Shown here piece by piece: positions 25,229 to 35,200 of a stretch of 39,052 nt of DNA. Within the stretch, counting starts at the first letter, position 1. The number at the start of each line of letters is the position of its first letter. Made by a program: the position numbers and the translations under genes. Origin of the DNA: Circinaria calcarea. Its lineage: Eukaryota. Under the pieces are notes generated by a model that ran no database searches, was not told where the DNA came from, and saw nothing but the letters and a program-made list of their open reading frames with translations. The stretch lies in contig JAVECS010000026.1 in assembly GCA_051942165.1 (NCBI GenBank), positions 1-39,052 of the forward strand. Direction: 5' to 3'.

Positions 25229-27797
25229 ATGCAACGGCAGCCAGACATGGCTGGACGGCAACGGCGCCAGTCCCAAGCACTGCCACCACTCTACCACTCT
25301 ACATCTTCCAGTAATTCCCCATCTATCCCTTCGACGGCGTCCCCCCGAAGTCCCAGTGGCGTCCCACCTAGTATGAGCGTTCTCAGCGGAGGGATTATGA
25401 CTAGAGCGGACAGTGGATCCCTCGCCTCCTATTCACAATTATCGACAGCGTCATCGGGACCAACCCCGATGCCTGGAGTCTACTCTCAGCCATACGAACA
25501 GATTCCTGTTACACCAGGTCACGGTCCTCATGGATACTTGGATCATGCTCGAAGTGAAAGGCCTGGTACAGGCACTCCAAGCATGTCACATGCTCAGATA
25601 TCGACTGCTGCACTGCAGGCTCAGAAGAGGGCTTACAGACAGAGGAGGAAAGATCCCAGCTGCGATGCGTGTCGGGAGCGGAAAGTAAAGGTGAGTAGCC
25701 TTGTTTGCACGAGGTGCCCATGACTAAATGATGCATAGTGCGATGCCACCGATACCTCGAGTTGCTCAGAATGCATGAGTCGGAATGTGAGGTGTCAGTT
25801 CACAAAGGAGACGAACAGACGGATGTCATCGATGAAGTATAGGCTCCAAGCTGTAAAACCCGGTTACTCACGCTGACAGTCGTGTAGGCAAGTGCAAGAT
25901 CTGGAAAAGCAGCTCGCTCAGACGCGGCAAGAGGCAAACCAACTTCGTTCTTTGCTGGAAGGCAGCGGTCCAATGGATGTCGACACTAGTTTTACATCTG
26001 ATTTGCAATTGCCACAGCTCGGCTTGGGATCCCGAACACAGCAACGGGCCCCTCCGACACGAGAATTTCCCAACGTCCAACAGAATATTAGGGTTCATGG
26101 TCAAGGCATCATCAAGGCCCCTTCGGCTCGACCACCGACCATGTTGCTGCAAGGCCATGTCAAACCATTACCAGATCTTCCTCCGCGGCAGCTTGCAGAT
26201 ACTTTACTACGCCAATATCACTCCTCTCTCCACGATGCCCTGCCTATTCTTCACTGGCGGTCTTTCAGTCAGCAGTACGAGCGGGTATACCAAGACGGGT
26301 CGCTGCAGAGTGTTTCCCGAGTTTGGGCCGCATTGTTCTTCGTTGTCCTTGCCTGCGGTACCATTCGTGATACCGTAGAAGACGGAAGGTCGTTCCTTCA
26401 GGTTTCTCAAGGATTACTCGATCCTTGGACCGAGGGCGTTACCATGGATCATGCACAATACGCGTTACTATCTAGCATATACCTGGTGGAGACAAACAAT
26501 AGATCCGCGGGGTGGACCTCGCTAGGTTATGCAGTACGTGTAGCACAAGATGTTGGTCTGCATAAGGAACGTGGCTCGTGGTCGGTGGAAGACGGCGAGA
26601 TGCGGCGGCGCGTATGGTGGTCTATCTACATATCCGAAAGGTAACAATTTTTGAACGCCTCCATGTCAGCACCAATGCTGAACTCCCTGCAGGATCCTAG
26701 CTCTGGAGCTTGATAGGCCGCCGATGATAGACGATGAGGATTGTGACGTTAGTCCTCCCGATCTTTCTGACGAAACGGCAATTAAGACGAGTACCACGTG
26801 GCTCCCCCCGAGCTTGCCGCGGCCGAGCCCTACATTCACGGCTGTAGTCCAAGTGGTCAAGTGCATTTCTCAGCTGTTCAAGACTCTTAGGCAACCAGTT
26901 ATTCCTTCGCCGGCTATCTATGCGATTGATGAACGGCTCAGTAATTGTTTTGCTGGATTTCCGCCGCTGCATCATATTCAGTCAAATGAGTACCTCGACC
27001 CGCGCACATTCCATCCCATGGTGTACTTACAGAACGCACGATTAGTACTTCATCGACATAATTTGTCGCCGATTTGCACGTCAGAGACTAGGTCAGTGGC
27101 CGTTGACAATTGCATTCTTGCTGCGAGGGACACAGCAAAGATAATTTCGAGGACAATGCAAGACCCACCAGATTCTCCTGCACCGGCACCAGGAGGGTCT
27201 CAGATTTGGCGCTCGAACCTTCGATCGGCCGCCAGTGCTATTCTTTGTACGCACCTCTGGCGTTGCATCCTTTTCTTGTGCTTTCGAGGCGAATATCAGG
27301 CAGCACTCGTCTGCGCTCAAGCGAGCTCAATCATCGACGATGCCCGTCCTGTCAACATGGCGTGCGGACGCCACCTGAGCTTTTTCCTGCAGCAGCTCCT
27401 CACCAAACTGCAGCAAGGCGGAGGAGCCCATCTGGAACGAGACGAAGAAATGATCGCCTATGTATCGGGCGACCTACAAGGAGGTGACCGTTCCTGGGTG
27501 TGGAATGGGGGTTCGCGTGGGAGCCCGCGGAATATGATGGACCATGCGTCGTCAACCGGTCGCACTGCGATCGTGAGCTCGCCCGAAGGAGAGGAAAGTG
27601 GCGATTGGGCCGGATGGGCGAGTATCGTGGCTACTTTGCGAAGACTCATGAATGAGCAGCAGAGAAGCCATCCACTACGCCACGGTCCTGTTTTACCACG
27701 ACCGCCGCAGGGGGATACATCCCAAGCCGAATCGACTTTACCACGGATCCTCAGTCCTGGAGGCTCCAATCGCATTAGTATTGCGAACATTATTTAG
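25229..27797 (+). CDS. Zn(II)2Cys6 transcription factor with fungal-specific TF (middle homology) domain
   Basis: RQRRKDPSCDACRERKVK|CDATDTSSCSECMSRNVRC (C-x2-C-x6-C-x7-C-x2-C-x6-C), a coiled coil, LPILHW and AVRVAQDVGLH..EMRRRVWWSIY. Introns near 25691-25738, 25837-25887 and 26641-26692. Confidence 0.93.
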
Positions 27798-29508
27798 CAA
27801 TTCCCGATGGTAAAGGATAGGGCGGTCGTGGAGATACGATTACTACATTTATGTACATTTTGGAATCACCGATTGTATGTTCTCATTCTATACCAGGCAT
27901 TTTGGCCACTCGTTACTAGGGAATTTGATGGGCTTTGGTTATTTTGGCAATTTTTTTGCATTTCTGGGTTTTTCATTCCTGGACCCTGAAATATGGGTAT
28001 TCTGGTCGATTCATACCGATGGTGTATTTTTTTCCCTTTTGTTTTATTGGAAATGAAGGGATGCGAGTTGGGGTTTACGTTCCTTGCAGTTTGCTTATTT
28101 TATTTCCTCGAGATCATTTCACGGGACGAATGATGTTGATTCCATGACTGTGACATGATGCATTATTATCCCAGTCTGAGATCGTTTTTAATTAAAAGCG
28201 GACTTCTTCTCCTGAACCCCAAGGGAAATTCTCCAACAGAAGCCTGGTCCTTGTTTACAGTCTAGGTTCTGCGCAAAAAACCGGTTTTTTTCGATAAGGG
28301 CACTTCAAAATACACCAATGCTAAAAAATCCCCGCTTGGCGGTTCACACACACGAGTCTAAACCCCCAGCCTCCCCCCAGCAATCAAAAGGAAAGGGAAG
28401 GGTGCAACGAGTCTCATGACCCGATCCTCTTAGCCCATACTGATGGCCGTAGCATCAAAGACACCCTCCTAACCGTAGTGTAAAAGACGGGGCCCTGCAG
28501 AGTAAGCTTTGGGGTGTTATTCTCCAACAAGCTTTAGGTAGGGGTGACCTGACCTTTCGGTACATCTACGGCAGTTGCGTGGGGGAAATTTTCAGAGTAC
28601 TTCGTTGCTTCCAAAATTAACTCGGTGGAGCCAATCAAAATTCCCCGCTAAACGTTGGAAAAATCAAAATGATCACACAGCCAATCAAAAGAAACCGATT
28701 TCCAATTCAAGGTTTCTTTATCTTGATTGACGTCATGCAGGTAGATCAAGACCCGATTTGTTTCAGACGCCACATCTCTGCAAGAAAGATGTTAATCTAA
28801 TCTTTCGGCTCGGGATAACTCCTTGTCCTTTAGGATTACCTCCGGAGCTTTCGGCGGGAATCCAGGGGTTTTCAGTACATAGTAAATTAAATGCATCTGA
28901 TCTGATTGGTCTCCTCCCCGATGGAATTTCACGTATTGAACAAGCCCATATCATCTTGCCACCCGTATCTCCGCCTCCTAACTCGGAAATCTTTTTGGGA
29001 AAAATAGAAAAATACTCCCTATTTGGGTTTTGTGAATTGTCGAGGGATCGGTAACATCCCCTCCTCCTCCTTCCTTCCCCCCTGCTTTCGTCTCCCCAAA
29101 CAAAACACCAACGTAAACATATGGTACGTATCCCTAACCCTAGGTTAGGAAATTTTAATACAGGACTTCGCCGCGTAAACGTAGAATACTGAGGATTGAG
29201 GATTGAGGACTGCTTTGCCGTAGTTTAGAGCGCCCGGGCTGTGGCGGTGGTAGGTATCCGGTAAAAGGGAAAGGCAAAGAAAGAGAAAGAAGGGGGTTCT
29301 TGTGCGAAGGAAGAGAAAGAAGGGAAGTAAAGGATTCTGGGGGCGGTGTCAATGCGGTATCAATTATTGTTGAGATGAAAGTAAAATAAGCAAGGGAACG
29401 ATTATCTACAGAGGTTTGCTGAATTAGCTCGCGTTATGCATTGGGCCGGCTGATTAGCTGTGGAATCATACTCTATTGACGGATGATGGATAAAGGGAGT
29501 TCCGATCT

Positions 29509-29622
29509 CTATGAGTTACACTTCTCAGGAATCAAAACGAGACTGTACATCTGGTTACTTATCTCTGGCGGTAGGTCAACCAGAGGAAAGGCGAATGATG
29601 CGGACACGGTTTCCGCTGTCAT
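29509..29622 (-). pseudogene. Possible relic of an F-box-like N-terminal motif protein
   Basis: MTAETVSASFAFPLVDLPPEISNQMYSLVLIPEKCNS* resembles the fungal F-box-like FxxLPPEIRNxIYxxxL pattern. No downstream body is recognisable. Confidence 0.4.
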
Positions 29623-30449
29623 GGCGAAGAACGCGTTTAGAGGACAGTAATCGAACGGAAGAGTGGTCGCGCCTTTTCTTATGATTGAAAAGCAGTTGTT
29701 CTTAGCTACTCCCACTTTTTACAACCATCCTACAAAGGTACTCCGTAAGTTCGGAGGTGATAACAAGCTTCTGAGGTGTCTTCTAGACCGGCCTCAATTG
29801 ATGAACCATGGAAAGAATTTGGATCGTTGTTTTCCACATTCTTTGAGCACTACTACACTCCGTCCCCGTTCCAGGAAGTTTCAACTTTCCGACTGCCTTC
29901 TAGACTCTTTTAAAGCCAAAAGGTCTTACCGCGAGCATGGACTGTTGTATCCCGCTGCTAGGTAGACCACACCGTGAGAAGACACTCGGACTGTTGCGAC
30001 GTCGTGCTGATGGCAGGAACCGCGCCAAGTCCTTCTTCAGCACTGACCTTTGCTTGGCGGTCCCTTCCCTCGCATGTAGCTAACTTTAGATTCGTGCCGG
30101 CGATATCGGATGGGGGATTGGAGAGGGCTGAGAGATGACGCTATTCCAAATGTCGATTCCAAACCTTTGGGCTCGAGTTATGTCATTCCCTAAACGCCCA
30201 AAACTCCGCGCTCCCTCCTCCGAGCCATACTATTCCCCAATTCGATCAACGGGAGCGCCCGTCGAGGCGTTTTCCGCATTACTTTGTCACTCCTTCATTG
30301 TAATTCAACTCATCAACCCCTTAGACATCGTTCCTTCAATCCCCATAGAAGTCGCACCCTACCGAAGTCTGGGTAGGAAAGCACCCACCACCACCCACCA
30401 CCGGACGTCGCATCCGCATATTCCTCCCGCAACCGCACGTCCACCGGCG

Positions 30450-31182
30450 ATGCCTTTTCGCGAGAAGATGAAACGTGCCTTTGGCCGCACCCCTTCCACC
30501 CTGACCACCGTCTCCTCCAAGTCCTCTTCGCGGAAATTCAAAAAAGACAAGAAGCCGCCCATACCACCCTTGGACCCAAACCACTACAAGCCCGGTGAAC
30601 TCATGCCGAAGCCCAAGTACCGCGGTCCCGTAAATAAACAGCATCAAGAGAAACTCCTCGCGTTCAGTTTCAGTGGGGCATTGGGGAACATGCGACGGAA
30701 AAGTGCGACGAGTCAGTATAGTCCGATGGGCAGCCGGATGCCAAGTCGGGCGGGGAGTAGGGTTAGCATAAGGAAAAGTTTAGGGGCAAGGCCGAAAAGT
30801 AGGCAGGCGAGTCGGGTAGGGGGCAGTGTGGACATGGACGGGTTGAGGGAGCATGGAGAGGGAGATGATGATGTGAGGAATGGTATGTTGCTGCCTTGAA
30901 TCGTTCCATGAGGTCGCTACGGGGGTCGCTACGGCGGATTTCAGAACGTCTAGATCTCATGTCGGCAACTAGAACACAGCTGACCTGGATATCGTGGTTG
31001 ATATAGTTGGTCTCTCGCGGCGTCACACCCATGAAAAACAACCACCTAGGACGGCGGAAATTGAAAAAGATGATGAGATACTAGCAACGACGAAGACGGT
31101 TATGAATGGAGCTTCGGGGAGAAGGGGGTATGATAAACCATTCACGGAGGATCAGTTGACGCTGGCGTTGACGAAAAGGTAA
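30450..31182 (+). CDS. Small basic Ser/Arg-rich hypothetical protein (~202 aa)
   Basis: MPFREKMKRAFGR..YKPGELMPKPKYRGPVNKQHQEKLLAFSF..SQYSPMGSRMPSR..|VGLSR..PFTEDQLTLAL. The GTATGT..GCTGAC..TAG intron (30883-31006) joins two ORFs in frame. Confidence 0.78.
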
Positions 31183-31888
31183 TCTGAAGACAGCGATGAC
31201 GGAAAGAGCGTAGAGGAGGCGAGGAAGTAAGTGTAAGATATAGCAGGGCATCTTGTATTATAAGTATTGGGGGGAGTGATGTTACGTATAATGGTAGCGT
31301 GGGTTTCGGAAATACGGGTGGCCTTTTCATGGCGGATTTCTTCTGGAACTTAGTTGGGATCATTGATGGCCACCTGCGCCAAGTGTTATTCAGCAAAACA
31401 CGCCATGGGGATACCCCGAATTATACAGCATTGAATGTTCATATATCTTTTTTCGCAGTATGAAAGTGCTCTACCATAACTCCCTAACCGAGTGCGCACT
31501 CGTAAAAATCCCCTGGAGAGGGCTCGAGAGCGAAAAAAGCCGCTACCAACGAAAGATAATGACGCACGGGAAAGGACTCTCGGTAATACAATACCCAACA
31601 GACTAAACTAAATCTCTGTACAGCAGGCACATTACTATTCCCTCCGATATTATTTGAAGGTTTCAATACATATCATATCCTACCCACGAGTAGTCGTTCC
31701 GAAAATCACACCTCCCGACTGAAAGCTCCCGATGATTATCCACGGGAAAAGGGAGGTAGGTGAACGAGAGCAGGCTGGGCGTGAGTACAAGACCGTTGTT
31801 TGGTATGGACTGTGGAGCGAGTTCCGAGTGGTGGGGTTGGGGGCTGAGGTTTTCTCTTTTCTGTTGTTTTGATTCAGGGTTAGGGTTG

Positions 31889-31963
31889 GCTGTATGATCC
31901 AACAGAGACGCTGTATAGTCCAATGGAGACGCTGTATGATCCAGCGGAGACGCTGCATGATCC
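31889..31963. repeat. 21-nt minisatellite, ~3.6 copies
   Basis: gctgtatgatccaacagagac / gctgtatagtccaatggagac / gctgtatgatccagcggagac / gctgcatgatcc. Confidence 0.9.
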
Positions 31964-32256
31964 TAAGAATAAAACATGCCTCATTCCAAACCCCTATTTA
32001 TTGTTGATCGGCAAGAAAGCTTCGAAAAGGGGGTGGCTGTGCTGGGAACAAGATGGTGTGTGTAAACTTTGGGTTATTGTGAATCTGACAGAAATGCCTC
32101 ATTCCAGAAGTACGAGGCGATGTGACACCAAATTGTAAGTTGCGTCAGAAGGACCCAAACTAACGAAAAGTGTATATGTGATAAGAACCTTCCCCATCAT
32201 CGGGTGCCGCTCGGAATTTGACGCTTTCGGGGTAGCAACATCTGGTTCGCGGGGAG

Positions 32257-35200
32257 TCAAATAGCTGTTGTTTTGAGATTCTTGAGTCCGGGACGTCTGC
32301 AAAGGACGTCCGTTTCAAGGGCCCTGGAATGGTAATTGGTACGGCCAATGCCCTGGGAATAGGGCGTATTGCCATTCCCATACGAAGTTATGCTCGTTTC
32401 ATCATTCTCCATGGTATGCTCTTCGGTGACATACTCAGGTCTCTCGCCGTCCTCAGACGAAGTCGGTGTCGTAGCAGAAGCCTCCGATATAGGCTCTTTC
32501 TCCACATATACAGGTTTCTTGCCGCTTTTCCGAGAGCTCGAGAGGGTGTTAAAAGTCTGGAGAACAGGCACTACCGTAACATATGCGGTTTTCTTGCCCT
32601 TTTCATGATGGACTTCACTGATATCCAAATTTCCCTTGATATGCTCTGTCTGGACGCTCGAAGAACCTTCTCCGTTCGAACATGGAAATACCAAGTGTTC
32701 GTTGGACTTGATGTCATTTCCTTCACCTGAAGATATAGACACGGCCTGTGTACCGTTATAGACCGAGCATTCTATGCTTATGTCTTTGCCTTCACCGTAG
32801 TGTTTCCGCTCTTGCGTAGGCTGCATCCTACGAAATCTATCAATAGGTTCCCAGTTTTGTGTTGGATGGGATGATATCGCAACTTCGTCAGGGTCCGAAG
32901 GCATCCCAATAAGGGAGTGACTTTTGTGGTGCAAATCATGCTGCACATTCTTGTCAGCATCCTCGACAGGCTGTCTCTTCAACGGTTCACAACATCTGCT
33001 GTCTTCCTTTCCCATCTTCCCAAAAATGACTCCACCGTCGGGCTCTAGTAAACCAGGAGGATTAAAGCCTTTCTCTTCTAGACCCTGAAGGCGATTGCAA
33101 CCATGTCCTGCACCAAACTCGCAAGCTTCCCACAGCTTACCGTTCGGGGGACAATGCCAATGAAGATGGGGCGTGAGCTTTGGACAGGTAGGCGGTCCAC
33201 CATGAATCGCTGCGAGTTGTTTAAGGCACCGAACACTTGCAATTAAATAATCCCTGCCTTCGGGAACTGGGGTCCACGTACGACAGAGCTTTTCGTGTCT
33301 TTCTGGCTTGATAGGCTCTCCGAGTCCCTCACCGAATAGAACTATGAGTTCGGGATTTTCAAGTGCGACAAGGTCCCATTTTCCACCAGTTTTCTTCATT
33401 ATAGGAACTTCTTTTCTCCCGAATATGTGCTTCCGTGTTACGATGTCGAGGATGTCCCATCCACGCAAACCTGGTTGCCGGAATGGGCGACTACTAGAGC
33501 TGTCTTCTCTGGTGATTATCTCCTCCTTTCTACTTTCAAAAGCAGTCAGGAAGCTTTTGATAACGTCTATGAAAAGTTGCGGCTTCCCATCGATACCCTC
33601 TGGACGGACCTTCACTAGTCTCCCCTTATCAATAGCATCATATGCAGCCATGCCTCCGTTAGCTGAAATTTCAGCATGGGGAATATCGTGTACTGTATTT
33701 GGTGATAGATCTTCCTGCCGGGATGCCCAAACATGAACAATGTGAAGAATGACGCTGAGCTCCGGAATCAGCCATCCTCTCTTCTTTTCTGTATCATATA
33801 ACAGCAACGGCTGCTCGCTAGCTCGTCGAAGTCGGTCTTCCAAAAACAGATCGGTGGACTTGGTTGTGGCACGCAAGCCTCTGTTGTAAACCACCTCCGA
33901 ACCGAACATTGCTCCAAAAAACCCCTGCCCAGAAGAGCCCATAGAGAATGAGATCTTAGGGGAGAATCCAAATCGGGATCGTTCGCTCTGCGCATCAGAT
34001 CTTTTGATACTCGTATAATCCAGATCTGGTGTTCCGAGGTGAATCTCGGCGTTCCTACAGTAACCTAGAAACGTCCTTGCTTCCTTCAATAGATCAAAGT
34101 CACAGGTTTCGAACCAATCAGTAAGATGATTCCCTATCGAGCCAGTAACTAAGCGCTCGTTGCCAGTATTGCTGGCGATGAAATGCCATTGAACTGAGTC
34201 CGAATAACGAACGATAGGAACGAGTGCTGTAAAAGGCCCTTTCAAGATAATGCCGTCATAGTACTCCATCGGATACAACACGCGGCCGAGAGCTGTCATG
34301 ACCTCAAACGGAAGCTCTATACCCACTTCCTCTTGTCGGGCCGGAATCGGAAACCCGCGAGCAATCACTCCATTCACAAAAAGTGGATGCCAACATGAGG
34401 GTTCTTTCTCGTTCACTGGCTGCAAGTCTAAGAGGAACATCTTAAAGCTCTTATTACCTATCCTTTCTAAGACGACATCTGATAAGCTGAGCTCATTGTA
34501 TTTGGGAACTCGGAAGACTGCGCTGAGCCACGCAAGTTGTTGTGCAATTTCTGCGAGCTGCTCTTGCGTTCCAAAAAGCTTGATGGTCACATGTCTGTCT
34601 AGTAATCCCATGTGATATGCACTTAGGTCAACGGTGAAACGAAGTCCAGAGGACCAGCACGTTTCTAGCGATATTTAGAATACTTTCAGTCTCTATAATA
34701 CGTAAGAATTTGAATATAGCTCACCATAGAATTCGAGACCCAAGGCAGTTTGTAATGTCTGCAAAGTTTTGAGACCAGATTTTGGCCAATAACGATCCAT
34801 GTATTCCTCACAGGTTGTAGCGTATGCTGTCTTAGCAGAACCGGTAACTGTGAGTAATGGTGCAAGGACTAGACTTCCTTCAAGTTCTTCCTTGCAGTAG
34901 TCCAGAAGGTCCCAATGGAGCTGAAAGATAGCATGCCTTGGTTCACATGTTTCAACTCCACCTTGCACTTCTTTGCAGATGAATTGGAACATATCTGCCC
35001 CCTTTTCAAGCAACAGCCGTAAAATCCCTATATCTCCATACTTTGCTGCCCAATCTAATACTGTTTCGTCCTCAAAATCTTTCGCTTCAAGGTCTGCTCC
35101 GTTCTCGATGAGCAATTGTGTAATCGTCAAATACCCGCGCGCTGCTGCCCAATGCAATGCTGTCATACCCTGATCGTCTTTTGCTTCAATATCCGTCCCT

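Noticed and set aside
30135..30449. Upstream in-frame extension of the 254-aa ORF
   Set aside because: Looks like promoter/5' UTR (CT- and CCA-rich). The ATG at 30450 begins the protein-like segment.
31889..31963. CRISPR-like repeat-spacer array
   Set aside because: Units are 21-nt tandem repeats whose variable parts are mutually similar. The context is eukaryotic with no cas genes.
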